From assembly GCA_973895155.1 (NCBI GenBank), contig OZ316891.1, positions 25,605,899 to 25,669,898 on the forward strand: 64,000 nt of DNA, given 5' to 3'. A model generated the notes under the pieces. It had not been told where the DNA came from. It worked only from the letters and a program-made list of their open reading frames with translations, and searched no databases. The position numbers and the translations under genes were made by a program. The DNA comes from Marsupella aquatica (lineage: Eukaryota; Plantae; Marchantiophyta). How positions within the stretch are numbered: the stretch's first letter is position 1; each line of letters begins with the position of its first letter. This document shows, piece after piece, positions 35,029 through 49,300 of the stretch.

Positions 35029-37600
35029 TTCACTTCGCTAGCTGCAGATTGGCCTGCTCGTCATTTATTTATTATGCCTCAGAGAATGTCAGCATTGTTC
35101 GTTCGGCAGCTTTGAGAAATTCCCGTTTAGGACAATTTTGGCATCAGAATCAATCAGTACCCGACGTCTCTTAAGACGCGGCTGTCACATCCAACGCGTC
35201 CATAGAAAATTCTGCCAGAGCTGTCCACTTTCGTCCCTGTACCGTAGCATCGATTCGAGCCTTCACGTCAATAACAATCGCGGAACTGTTCGTCCACCGT
35301 CTGAGGTTCTGGAGTGAGGGGGAAAGGAGAGATCGAAACAGACTGGAGGCAGACAGAAAAATTCAGGAGGATGTTCCTGCCAATCAGGGATCTATCCATT
35401 GCTTTTTTCGTCGACCAGAACAGCCGCTCAAGGTCTTTCACTCCAATGCAAGGAAACTAAGGTAATCCATCGCCAACGCAAGAATTTGAATCTCACTCGA
35501 GACAGACAGACACAGGAAGCCTCTGAACGCAGGAAACCCGGCGGGAACCCCCAGACTGCACCGCATCCCTCTGCATGGAAAGGTCGACGTGATGCCAAAA
35601 TCTGGGGGACGGTCTTCTGTTGACCTCACTGGTGACGAGAAACTGTATATATAATGCTGTGGTAGGAAGCAGCTCGCGTGCAGTCATCCACATAGCTTCG
35701 ATTGGCTGCAAAGCCTTCTTTCGTCCCGACCAATTCCCACTCCGGAGTCCGAAGAGGGCGTGCATGTTAGATGCATGAGCTTGGCGCACACCAGCAAAGC
35801 ATTGGTCAGGCCATCATGAGTCGTTTCTCTTTCCTCGTTATTGAATCCACAATCATTAATTTCTCGCCAATTCAACTGTAATGTGTGTGCCCTCTCGACA
35901 AAAACGTACAGTACTACAATATCGTTATTGGTATGTTTATTGCTGTGCGCTTCCATTACTCCCTAGTTGCGCATCAGCAGAAATCAGATAGGGGAGACGA
36001 ATACTGTAGATCATTGTACCGTAGCGACAGACATCTGCGCGAGATCGACACGCATTGATTTCTTTCGTTGCCATCCGTGAAGGTCCCCGGCCAGACGATT
36101 CGAAATTCATCATGACTGGAATAGTCTCGTCAGTCGTCACGACAGCACTGCACTGCACGGCATGCTCTGCCTCTTATCCACCCTCGTCGAAGTTCTGACT
36201 CCTACGTACTGTCTTGTTCACCTAATATCGAACGGACCTTTTTTTTCAAATTGCCTCGATGGCTGGAATTCTCGACCATCAATCTGTAATAGGTAGTGTA
36301 TGTTCCCTCGCGACACAAAAGCAGGGAACTTCCATGACCATACGACCATTACTGGTCAATTTCTCATCACGAGAATGTGATCAGGGGAATGATTGTACCT
36401 TCGTGACAAACAGCATCGGTCTCGGTGTACCGGTCGAGCACGCATTGATTTCGTTCGATGGCACTTGTCTACCTTAGGGTCTGACGACGCGAAGTAGATG
36501 ACTGTAGACCTTCGATGTCACAGGAAAATCTTTAGGGCTGACGACATGAAATTGATCTACTGACATACATTTCATCGATCACGCATTGATTTCTCGATGT
36601 CATCCGTCATCGGTGAATGAATTTCCCCGTCTGAGGACTACTGGAAAGAGGAAAGAGGAAAGAGGAAAGAGGAAATTGGGTCCGTCATGAATGAAAACGG
36701 AAAAAGCTCGTCAGTCATCATTACAGTACTCTTCCCTCTTTTCAGAATGCGCTTCCGTGGAGTTATCGTGAGGGGTTAGGAGTACGCACCTCCCACCCCT
36801 GTTTTAGAGTTCTCACTCGTATTCTCAATATAAGGTAACCAGGCCCGTGACCAATGAGGTTTGGTCACAAAAGCTGAATTCTTGCAAATGCTTCTCTTTA
36901 ATATTGTATTTTGTAAAATCTTATGCACAGAGATTATATGCACAGAAAAAAAAAGGAGGCATTTTCGGGCCCCCTCACAAAGCTGAACTGAAAGTTCAGC
37001 CAATGAGGGTCTGGTTTGGGATTAATAACCTGTAATAGTGAGACCAGAAAGTGAAGTTAATTAATTTGACTGGCTGTAGTTGGGAAATTTTTCTCAGCTT
37101 TGGAGCCAGGTTCAAGCTAGAACCCTTGCCCAGACCTCCACTACAGTACACATTGGATAGGAAAGTTACTTTCAGGCAAGAAATTATGGGAAATAGCAAG
37201 TATCTCCCAATATGATTACACATCAGCAACCTACATTCAGTGTACAGAAATTACAACACACTCCATTTATTTTCTAGAGCCCAAAAACTTGTGTCCAGGT
37301 AATTGCACATCAAAGTGTGACAATATATGGTGTAAGATGCCACTTCATACCATAATAAACCCAAATATGTTGTTTAAATATTATCTGGCTATGGGATTTT
37401 GATGTGCAATTAACAGGAAACCAAAAACTTTGGTAGAGGTACCATCTAGTGCTAGGGGGTTACAAACTAGTACTAGTGTTGGTGAGTAAATTCTGTATGG
37501 AATACAGGCTATGGGTTGGTAGCCATTTTTACTCAAGGCTCCTATTCTCATAATGTGGTGCTTGCAAATGTGCAGCCAGGTAATAGTTTTTTGGACAGAA

Positions 37601-37904
37601 CCAGTTGGTTGTGGTCAGTTGGCCAGGGGATGAGCCTAGAACTGAGAGGTCCCAGGTTCGATCCCCCCTCCACATGCAAGGGTTGTGGAGGGTGAGTCTC
37701 TGTGTGGGTGGGGTGTAGTGGTGGTAGTATTGGTCTCTCTTCCGCCCTGGCTGGTCCGCTTTGGGCTCTGGTCCAACCCTCTCTCCCTCCTGGTCCTGGG
37801 TATGGCCCCCCTTGTGGGCTACCCTACAGAGGTGCATGCTCCGGAGTTGATCATCTATCCTCTGTTGGATGGGCCAGCTTTTGGTTTCAAGGCAACAAAA
37901 AAAA
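37601..37904 (+). mobile_element. tRNA-derived SINE
   Basis: A-box-like TGGTCAGTTGG (37612) and B-box GGTTCGATCCC (37655); ~300 bp ending in an A-tail; flanked by a degenerate TSD (AGTTTTTTGGACAG / AGTGTTTGGACAG). Confidence 0.7.
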
Positions 37905-38717
37905 GTGTTTGGACAGGATGTTTAGGGACAGGGCAGGGTTCTAGACTGTAACCTGCTACCTGGATGTTCAAAAAAGATCCCGGGTTGCCACTGGGTGCAG
38001 TGTTACAGCCTAGTAATCCTATACATCATTCCACACCCTCCATCAGGGCCTGGCAGGCTATGGACTCCGGAGCGGGAATTGGTCAAGACGAAAGAAGGCT
38101 TTGCAGCCAATCTAGCCCGGTTTCTATTCGTTGCATCCTTCCCTGGTATCCCGACAATTTTTCTTAGGATAGGTCACAAAGGGAAATGCAGAATGGCATT
38201 TTTGGGGAGCAGCAAAAAGTTTTGCATGGCAAACTGTACCTAAACTTGTGCTTGGATAGGACACCAATTTCCCTTTTCCTCTGTACTCTGCACACTACGT
38301 GCTCCAACCACAGTGTGTTTTGTGAGAAGAGCATGCCCAATACATGACAATCGCTGGTGCATGACATTTTTTGTGTGGGAGGGCTAAATGGTCCTGGAGG
38401 CACAAAAACAGGCGCTTACAAGCCTGAGCTCTCAAACCAGAGCAGATGCTCTTGTGTCCACGTTGCATGTACATGGATGGCCTTGTAAACACACTACCTC
38501 ATTTTCACTCTAATTACCCTGTTTATCATATTCGGTGTACTACAGAAATGGTGTGACACTGTAAATAGTGAGTAACAGTAATATGTGAGTAAAGAGTTTT
38601 GGAGCCCAAAGAACACTAATCATAACATAATAGTGAATAGTGAATCTAATCAGGATTCCTATGAAAACACTCAAAGGAAAACTATGTTAATACAGAGGTA
38701 TTGTTAGTAAGACTGTT

Positions 38718-41004
38718 AAGACATACAAGGCTTGAAACTCATCAACGACAATAGGCTTTGTCATCAACTCTTCACTGATGAGACCGGTTTGTTCCTAGCT
38801 GCCACAGAGAAGGAATTCCAGACAGCAAGGGGAATTGTCCAACAGGACGAGAACATCTCCGACGCCCTCTTAAATGTGCATAAATCTAAAATCATTCCTG
38901 TCTATCTCTCGGAGGGAGTTTATCCCGAGTGGCTACAGAATACTGGATGCAGGATTGCCAAGGCCAGGAAGGTCACTGAGTACCTGGGGTGTCCTATTGG
39001 CTATAAGGTGCGACCCTCCCATGAAGCTACTTTTTTGGTCGGGAAACTAAGAAGTCGCTTGTGCCACTGGACTAACAGGAGCCTCACCATGGCTGGGAGG
39101 TCTATTTTGCTGGAGCATGTTTTGCGGTCAATTCCTACCTATCACCTGATGTCATTGGCGTTGTACAAAACCGGATACCAAGAGATGGAAAAAGTTTGTC
39201 GTCATTTTCTGTGGGGATCCAAGAAGGGGTTTGAGAACATCACTGGCCACAAGAAAGCTCTCATAGCCTGGAAGGTCATCGTCTCACCCAAAGGGGACGG
39301 GGGATTGGGAATTCAACCTTTTGGCGAGCAAGCTCAAACGCTGAAGACGAGGCACATCTTTAAACTTATTGTTGGTTTGGACCATGATTGGCTGAGAATG
39401 GCACAAGAAATCATTACAAAGGGGCTAAAATTCAAGTACAGGGAAGAAAGAGAGAAGAGGTTGGACTGCCACTGAAGCACTACTATTGAGTGATGAATTG
39501 TTGATCAAAGGTTTGCATACTTTGAAGAGCCTGGTCCAGGGATGGGTGGCCAAGAGACAATAGCTCAAATTAACTTTGGGGAAGGCAAGTTACCATCTCA
39601 CCTCTCCATTGAGCAGACGGTGGTCTTGTACATCTGCAACGTGCATGGCTCTACTCAACCGGGGTTGGACCTGAGGAGATTCCTGGCTAATCGCAACATC
39701 AAGAAACTCCTTGATCTCCAGACTCAGGAGGAGATCCAGTACCAGATTCGGAGCACACGGATTGGGAATGCAGAGTTCAGTACCTTTTACAACAAACTGA
39801 AACAAAATAGTGGAATTACTAATGAGGAGTTGCATGAATGTGGGGGTTGGCAGTGGGATTGGAAGGGGAAAACTAGGGGTTGGATTTTGCTAACAGGACT
39901 TGAGGCCAAAGCCACACTCCAGAGCTGCCTGATGTCACTAAGCTAAACCGACGATGGGGGCAAACCAATGCCCCACAAGGTTGGAAGCAGACTTGGAAGA
40001 AACTTTGGGGTGGCTGGTCTTTCCCTAAGGTGAGATTTTCCATGTGGCGCCTTTTGAATCCGTGTTTCTTTACCTACGGCCAGGCGAGCCACTGGGGTGT
40101 GTGTGATGGCATTTGTGCTAGGTGCAAAAACCAGTTTGAGCACACGGAGCACATGTTCTTCAGCTGCAGATCTATCACCACAAGATGGAATGAGATGCAA
40201 AGATTGTTGCAACATACTACCACTTTGAAGATACCTCAAGGTTCCCTGTATGAAGCTATTGTTGCTGCCATTCAGGTGCACAAGAGGAAACCCAGCCCGC
40301 TGGTTCTGATCATGGAGATGTGCTCCAATATTTGGAACGAGAGAAATGCCGCTGTTTTTTCTCAATTTCTGGGGCGCCTTCCCGGTTGGGTTGTTTTACG
40401 TCAAACTGAAACCCATCTCCAAACTATGATTGACATAATTTGCCACTCTGAGAGGAAATGGAAACAACTACAACTTGCAATCTGCCAACTCTAGGTTTTT
40501 CTTAAGCCTTGGGAGAAAATTGACAGCCCTCTAGCCCTGAATTTTGATGATGCAAATGGCTGACAAACATCCCAGCACTATGAGGTGGCCTGACCTTAGA
40601 CAGGACAGAAGTACTACCCACTACACTAAGGTTACTAATCATGGGAGTATCCCTTTGGACCTGAAGAGTTGGGACCAACCTAGTGATAGGAACAGGAACA
40701 AGGCGGATAACAAGTGTAGGAGGGTTATGATTGATAACTCTAGACAGCCCAAGGTTTTTTTGGAATTTATGCCTCTTGGTAGAAGTAAACAGAATAGGGA
40801 TAAGTCTGTTTGGAACACCAATAGGGGCACCATTTGGTGGGTTCTTAGGGTTCCTTGGCCTGATTAGTGGTTTGGGTGTTTTTCTTTGGGTTCTTTGGCC
40901 CCCGGGTGTTGGGGCCCCTCTTTGTGTTCTTTGCTTGGGTGGCTTTTGTCCCCTTGCCTGGTATTGATGGGTTTTCACGCCCCCCTTTTCTCAAAGAGAA
41001 AAAA
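38718..41004 (+). mobile_element. 5'-truncated L1/Tx1-type LINE (RT C-terminus and zf-RVT), frameshifted
   Basis: HQLFTDET (FADD-like), LLNVHKS, YLGCPIG, SIPTYHL, GGLGI, CARCKNQFEHTEHMFFSC, IWNERN; A-tail; 12-bp TSD AGTAAGACTGTT at 38706-38717 and 41005-41016. Confidence 0.92.
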
Positions 41005-41074
41005 AGTAAGACTGTTTCAGGTGCGGGTTCAAGTTTTTACTAGCTACATTCAAAAGCTACTCCCTGGGCGCATT

Positions 41075-42000
41075 GTCTAGTCAGAGTGAAGACTCTAGAC
41101 TGTGACTCTAAGTGAGGGCTACAGTGAAAGTGAGATATGTTAAAAAAAACACATATGGGGGCAAAGATGATGGGGGCAGAGATGAACACTAAATAGTATA
41201 TAACCCTTTTTTTTACAAACTTGTTTACCTCCTTCTCTCTATTTACTTCAAATAGAGAGAGTAATCAGACTAGTCTCCATGTTTTAGTTCTAGAGATTGC
41301 AACAACTTTGTGTAATATCTGAGAGAAATGTGACTTTCTGATAGGGAAGAGCTACAGTGGGCACAATCTTACTACTAATTTGTAAACAGAAGCTACAATT
41401 GGGGTCTAGTCTTCTACTTACTTCAAATAGAGAGTAATAAATAATTAGGCTAGTCTCCATAACAAACTTTTTACTTCTGGAGATTGCAACAACTTCGTGT
41501 AATTCCTGAGAGAAATGTGAATTTCTGAGAGGGTAGACAAAATATTCCTAATAATTTGCAAACAACACTTATAATTGAGGTCTAGGCTTGTAGAATGAAA
41601 CCTCTAGACTGTAACTCTAGGGTCCCACCAAATGTATGTGAATGAAAAGCCCAGCCAGTAATTACAGATCAAAATATGGTAATATACAGTGTGCACTCAT
41701 TGATTCAAATAAAATAATGAGGTTTATCATGGTCTGGAGGGATATAGTACACAGTTTATATCATATTTTGATGTGCACTTATTGGAACCACTGAAAAGGA
41801 TGAAATGTATTTCTCTACTTAGCAAGAATGAGATATATTTCTCTAGACTCTAACTCTAGGGCCCAGCAAATGTATGTGGATGAAGAGGTATTTCTCTAGA
41901 CAGGACCCGCCAAATGTATGTGGATGAAGAGGTGGGATGTATTTCTCTAGACAGGGCCCACCAAATGTATGTGGATGACGAGGATGGGATGTATAAGATA
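41075..42000. repeat. AT-rich dispersed repeat family (CTCTAGACTGT.ACTCTAGGG.CCCACCAAATGTATGTG) with local duplications
   Basis: Copies at ~41090, 41600, 41840, 41893 and 41945; related copies at ~4950, ~21860 (reverse) and ~51970. 41240-41390 is duplicated at 41415-41560. Confidence 0.55.
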
Positions 42001-42908
42001 ATCATCATGCTAATTTGCTAATTCTTGTCACTAGCCTGAATGCACATCCTTTGAATGTTAATAGGAATGACGACTCATTCTTTTCATTTGCAAATTTTGG
42101 TGTGGCCCTAGTCACTGTTTAGAGGCCACTGTTTAGAGGCTTCACTACTCTAGCTTTATTAGAAACATGAAAGGGGGGCATTCATGCTCGTGGGTATCTG
42201 CAGTTGAGAGTGCAAAAGTCCAACAAAAGGAGCATAACATTATCGATCCAGTCTCCTTCCGTGGGTCTGCTGGGTGACAATTCAGTAGGTGTGGCTCCTG
42301 CGTCGTCGACCCATCTATCCTTACCTTTCGGTACGCAGTAACCCACCATTCTCGTCTTATCTTATCTCGTCCCCAAAGACATGAAAAAAACTTGTTATCT
42401 AAACTGTACTGCTCTCTCTCTGTCTGTCCGACCGAATCCTAGACTCTATGGTGATCAGCAGCACGATCTGGATTTCTATGGATGGAGTACGTTGCTCGAA
42501 CTGACATCTGATTCTGTTCCATCGCATCTGATTCTGTTCCATCGCTTCGAAGAAACATATGATACCTTCATTGTTCGAACGCTGACGAGCCAATTCGCCC
42601 CGCTCCTGACTCTTAATCAATGCTCACTCCTAGCTCTTTTCTAGCTGAAGAGCTAGAAATGAGCTTTTCAGCTACGGTCGTGCCTTCGGAAAGAGTGGCT
42701 TATCATCTAGAGTAGAGTTGCGTAGACCATTGAGTGTCTTTGTGCCTCGAAGATTTCACAGAATTCCATTCCAATTATTGAGTCTCTCCGTATGTCTCGG
42801 CATTTTGATTGTCGACGATTATGTTCTTTCGGCTTCTCCAGCAGCGAAGGGAAAGAGTGAGGAGAAGAAGGAGGACGAATTGATTCAGAGACAGACAGAC
42901 AGTCGAGA

Positions 42909-45004
42909 ATGGTAGACGACCAGTTCGAACGCGCGTTGGAATCACTCAAGAGGGGGAGATGTGTTGCGGTCCTCGATGCGGAGTCTAGAGAGGCCGAGAC
43001 CGATCTCTTCTTCCCTGCAGAGTCACTCTTGCCTCAGAATCTCCGGTTGTTACGCACTGCGGCGGGAGGGGAGCTGTACATTGCCATCGGGCACGATGTG
43101 GCCGCTGCATTCGGCTTGCCATTCATCGGCGAGGTGCTGGCGGAGAGCCAGCTCGGTGAGAGCTATCCCGTCCTGCAGCACATGAGCAAGGAGCGGCTGA
43201 AAATGTGCCAAGGCTCGTGCTCCGTGGGGCTGTCTCTCGATCACAGGAGCCTGAAAACGGGTGCTCCGGATGTGGAGAGGAGCTACACTTGTCGGAGATT
43301 GGCGGAGCTCTACAAAGAGGTAGTTAAGGGCGGCGTTGCAGTTGACGAGGCGGGGAGATTGTTCGGGAAGGAGTTCCACACTCCTGGTCACATCTTCATG
43401 TGCGTGGAAAATGGCAAAGGGCTGCAAGTGCGCACCGGGCACACCGAGCTCTCTGTAGCTCTGGCGCGAGCTGCTGGCATTGTACCTATCATGGTATTGT
43501 ATTCTCTCTCCCTCCCTTCATGACCCTGTCGATCACCCATTCACACCTGAATCAGTCACACAGCGAGGGTCCTTTCTAGTGATCAAAATTTTGGTTGTCA
43601 GCATTTGCTCTATCGTTTAGCTATTAGTTACTTTTACTCTCTTGAGTTCACTTCCCATTTTCTGTGGTTTGTAACTCCATACGGAAATCTTGGTACGGTC
43701 AACTGTCGTGCATTCATTCAACATAAATGTTGACACGGTGAACATTGCATTTTAGTTATTCTATTAAATCTGGTCATTGCTGAATTTGTCATGGTCTTTC
43801 TCTTTCCCTTCCTCTGAGGTCAATCAAACCTGAACCATTCGCGGATTCGCCTAATAAGTATTTTTAGTAATTCAAAAAATCTCTCTTGTACATTTGCTCG
43901 CTCATGAATGATGATGAATTTGTCAGCTCTGCATTCTAGTCATGCTTGTTCCAGTAGTTAAAGTACCAGTCTTTGGGACTCAGTCATGCCATATCATTTA
44001 GCTCCCTGTGACAGTTATTAGTGGTGCACATTAGTGGCATTGTGTCCTTGTGGCGCTAACTCTTCAACTTCTCCTTTGAGACCTAGACTCTTTCGTACCA
44101 TGTCTCATTGTATGTAAGTAGTTTGAACGAATTCGCGTCCATGAGATCACGAATTCAGCACAGACTCTTGTCGGTTTAGATCTCCATTAATTACTGGCCC
44201 ACTGTCCTGGAAGACCACCTGTCGGCCAGAACTTTGGGACTTAAAGCTCGTCCGCTGGACGTCAGTCTGAGATTATTGTGCATATTTACCTGACCGGCAA
44301 ATGTTCTTGAGCGTCCTGCGAAGGACTGAATTGCAATAGTGTACTCGTTCTTTACTCAGTCCCTCCTTCAAATGCAAGTAAGAGTGTCATAAAAGAAGCC
44401 CAGGATATTCGCCACCATTCATCCTCGTCTTTGGATATCTAACCAGCACGAAGCTTACTTTACTTCCTCCGTATGATCTCTGATCAAGATCTTCTTTGCT
44501 TCATGGCTCTCAAGTGTCTTGTAGCAAGATGAGCTCACCCACCATTTAAATCGGGATTCTTTGACATTCTAGATGTTGATGCTAGGACTGACAATGCACT
44601 ACTGACAGTAGATATTGATGATCATGATGTAACTTTGTAACGTGAATACCCACTTCATATTAAATAGCAGTAGCGCCAGTAGTTATGAGAGACTATATCT
44701 TTCATTCTTTTATATCTTGAGAAAGCTCCTCACTTCTGCTGGAGTAAATTAGGTAGTTTTCCTAATACACTGAATCTAAGTGTAGATGTCATGTACGTAT
44801 AGGACCATCTCAGTTTGACACTCATAGTTAAGTCCTGTTCTCTTGCAGGTTGGATGTGTCATGTTGAGCAATGAAGGGGACAAATATGGTGCATTGGAGT
44901 CTGACTTGGCCAGGTCCTGGACAGCCGCCCATGAAGTTCCTTTTCTTACAGGGCAGGTGGTTACAGATAAGCTCAAAGTAGAAACGAGCAACGGTTATAC
45001 TTAA
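42909..45004 (+). CDS. ribB: Stand-alone 3,4-dihydroxy-2-butanone-4-phosphate synthase (RibB)-like protein, archaeal type; exons 42909-43493 and 44849-45004
   Basis: ALESLKRG..VAVLDAESREAETD, AGG, GLPF, DHR...TG...ER, FGKEFHTPGH, RTGHTELSVALARAAG. A phase-0 GT-AG intron joins VGCVML..HEVPFLTG. Confidence 0.85.
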
Positions 45005-46368
45005 TTTAATCGCCACTCTCGTTTTCATTCGTCTCAATTGATGTACTGATGAGTTAAATCATCATTAAATCCAACAAGTTTATTGTTGCTGCTTCACTTA
45101 AGCTGTATAACACATTCTTTGAAAGTATTGTTACTACTAAGCACTATGGTGTTTCCAACTTCTCAAACGGAACTACAGTAGTTCCCCCAACTCTGAATCT
45201 GATGTGACGATATTCACAGATGGTGCCCGACCACCTTAGTAGCAGTAAATCTCCTCCCACATGACGTCCTGACTTCATAGCACATTTCCACTATCAACAC
45301 TAACGGTATGAACATTTAGTGTTTTGTTTGGAAATCACCATCGATGATAAATAATGTGTAAGGTTAAGCATTCGCTTCTCCCAAATCAGAGCCCGGGAGC
45401 TTTTAGCCCGAGGTGTTTTTCTTTGGGAGAATGCCATTGTGAAAGTGTACTACCATACGTTAGGCATTTACTTTCCTTCACCATCTCTAAATGTGAGAAT
45501 TAAAAAGTGTTTTCATTGATTACGACAAGTTATGAAGTACTTGGAAAGGACCTCGCCTTACCTCCATTGCTCCAAAATCTAAGGGAAATGCACGTTGCAG
45601 CTATGCTGGACTTCCAACATCCATGCATCCATCCAGAGACCGATACTAACCATAACTTATATTCATTACATTTTACATTCCACCAGGGGCGCCAGCTTGC
45701 CGGATGCTTCTCAGATAAAAGAAACTCCTTTTAAGCTCACCTGCTCCAAATAGTGAAATACCTGGAACTGCCAACCTAGAAATGCCTAAGTCTGGGTTGT
45801 AATTATATTTGTGGTACATCCCATTGCTACACAAGATTTAAAAAACCCAGCAATAGTATATCGAGCCGTTTTGAACCCTGATTAGCCATAAAACGCTTTT
45901 ATGATCGACTGCTCCAGAGCACCTGCGGACAGACAAGAATAAGTTATAAGCAGCAATACAACATCCCTACAAAACAAAGAGGCACGCAAGTGCAGAATCT
46001 ATATTATTTGTCCATAATTCCCACGAGGACAAAGAGCACTGGAAATTCTCAGGTACTATCAAAGGGATTCACGAATACGTGAAACACCCGTTCAACTCAA
46101 TCAAAGTCACATCATGATCATGACTAGTGACAGATTCTGGTAACCTTTACATGTTACTCCTAGTATAGATATATTTTGGGGGCCAGAATGAACTGCCCAA
46201 CTCTGTTCTTCCTTTAACCGCAGGCTCGTAAACCTCGGCGCACAACCACTGCAAGCTACAAACATTTGTGAGGGCTGTAACTATTGTCCTTACCTTCTAA
46301 GGGGTGCATAGCTCCTCCGATGCAGTTCCAGACCCACAAAAAAAAGTGGCCATCTATCTTCATAGAAC

Positions 46369-49300
46369 TCACTCACCAAATACCTGAAACGAGCGAAAAT
46401 AATCTCAGCACAAGCAGTCACCTTTAAACTAAAGCATGATACCATGGCATCAAAGAGCAGTTTTAAGAAGAATTGTGGTATTGAAGACAAATGCAAACTA
46501 AGGCCTCTACAGTCAGTCGACAAAGTCAAAACTCTCTGTAGATATCAACTCCAAGAATGGGTTGAAAACTTACCCAGGGAGTCATAAAGCCCTTGTCATC
46601 TAGCAAGCCCAGATCTCTCAGTCTCCTCTCTGCATAGAATTCCAGCGTTTCACACCGAGCTAAATGGGCCTCAAACCATGCTTGCACTTCTTCCAGAACA
46701 CGCTTCTCACCCAATCTAATCACAACGGCCATTTCTAATCTTGGGTCATCTATTCCTTCCTCGAGCAACCTAACATCCTGCAACAAGAAGAAAAACGTGA
46801 GTTTCAGTCTCCCTTAGATAACAATTTTGTGAAGTGGTGTTCAACACCCTTCCCATACCAAAAACGACTAAATGCATCCCCAACCGACAAGAGATGACAT
46901 ACAGTCATAAAAAATACGCATGAAACCCGAAAGAGTGAAAAGTAACTGGCTACTCCTAAAGGGAAATTTCGACACTTCTTCAAACTAAGGGTGCCCTTGT
47001 AGGCATGATACCTTCCGAGAATGCTCGTCTTATCACTACTTACGTAAGACTATCAAGGATCAGCTTTAGTAGTAAAGCTGTATAGAGGATGCACGTGAAC
47101 GTCGTCAGACATCTCATACTGAATTGCTTTTCAACTTGCCAACTTCTAAGCTTAACTTGCAGCTCTTGAAAGATATAAGGGCTACTATACTGACGATTAC
47201 CTCATCAATGGTTGTGCTATAAGCCGCCAATGCAGCCCTACAACCATCCAATATCGCTGTACATATGGCCTCTTCATTCTCTTTACTCACTGGCAATGAA
47301 ATATGGCCCCAGACGGAGTTCCTAAAGAGAGCCTGACACAAAAGCCAATATCCATCAGAATTCAACTGTCCCGACTCTTTACATTTTCTGAAAGCATTGT
47401 TGTCAGAAGCACCATAATTCTCCTAGCTGCGAGGTGAACTGCGAGGTGAACATCAAAGATCACCCCAACAAAAGCCGTTGAGTGCCATACTACTGGAGTC
47501 AACTACATCTTAATTAGACCTCCGCCGAGTCAACAAACAAGGACCAAGTAGCTGTAAGCACAAAAGAACATGGCACGAACGGAAGGCTGTTTCACTATTT
47601 AACTAATCTTAGTTCAAGCAAGGATCAAATGGTTGCCGAAAGCCATGAATGAATACATGGTTTTTCAGCACATGAGTCCCAATCAGCACATGGGACAGAG
47701 CAAAGACTGCATGCAGGAAATACAAGGTTTTGTAACGAGAGTACCTCTAAGAGAAAAGCATCAGGTCCCTCAATAACCATCAGCCTGAGATAGGTGAGCA
47801 TCTGCTCCGGCGGACCCTGGCCAGAGACCAGATCGAAAGAGACTGATGCACCTAGGCCATTGAGCTCTGCCACATCTACTTTATCATCAAAGAAGCGGTC
47901 TGATTCAGAGATCTCCAACGTTAATGTAAAAGTATCTCTCATAGTACTTTGGACTGCAACCGAAGATCCAGTTCGTTTCTCAACAAAGCCGTAGTCCAGA
48001 GCTAGCTGCCCGTTGCCCTTACTTGCTCCATAGTCCATGAGGATCTGCATTAAACTATGATAAAATTAAATGGGATATCGTGCATGGTTGAGCAGATGGC
48101 CAATAAAATGCATCTATTAAAGCTTTATTTCAAGTCACGCTACCAAAGACGGTATTTGAGTAGCCATACCAAGCAATGCAAGTAAGGGTTAAAATGATAG
48201 AGACTGAAAGTTCTGACACTGAGTGGAATTCCTAAGTTTTCCCTTTTGAAACAGAATTTTGGGTTAAACATTGGGTAACAATTCTGTAACCTTGTGCAAA
48301 TAGAGAATAGTTCGTCTAGTGAAGTTCGTCCACCCAAAGCAACGGAGTGAATGCTACCTGCTCCCCAGCTTGGAAGTTGCTAACGGCTCGAACTATAAGC
48401 AAATCCTTAGAGCCGAAAAAACCTGTTCCTCTCCGCAACTCCCAGCTCGGCGTATCAGTATCAGGTACCTCTCCATGATTCACCTGTTTTAACGACGTCA
48501 AACATTGTTAGATCCCGCGATGGAGATTAGAGATTTAATTTCAACGCGTAATAAAAACAAACAGACAAATGATCCTTTTCAACCCAATCAATCTTATGCC
48601 TTGGTTCAAAATAAATTTGAACTAGTGGACTGAACTGACTTTACTGAGTTTGAAGGGCCCAACTGGGATTTGCGCATGTGATTATCCGAATTGAAGCCCT
48701 CGAGGACCTCACACTAGCCTCACAAAAATCTTCAAAACGTTGTTGTGTTTATCTACAAGTTGAAATCTAGGATTTTACTCTGATGCCTGCCTAAACGTGA
48801 TCATAGCTTAAAATGCAAAACCTTCAACATCCAGATTTGACCAGAGTCTTACAAGATCTGCTAGCGGAACCAACGCCAGGTCGTCCCCAGTAAGTGGCGC
48901 AAACGTACGCGATCGCAGAATCCCAAACGCCCACATGAAGGCTTCGAAAGTGAAATCCTTGACATCGAAGATTTTGTCGTTTGGGGTGATCACTTCGTTT
49001 TGAACTCGATTAAACTCATTCCCCACGTACTCTCTGAAAGACAGGGTGGACCCAAGCAGCTGCGTACCTACTCAACGTGACGAAATAACTACTTTAGCAC
49101 AACTTACATGATAAGTGTGGTAACTCTAATCTAAGGGGCCAAAGGAATGAAATGAAAGTAGGGGTCAAGTGTGGCCAATTAGCGATAGAATGAAGATAAT
49201 ATACACAGGAAAATAACAACTGATTTGATGGGGAAACAATCTAACACTAAGTTTAGTCGTAGAAGGTTCCACATCCATCAGACATGAACCTTAAGCAGAG

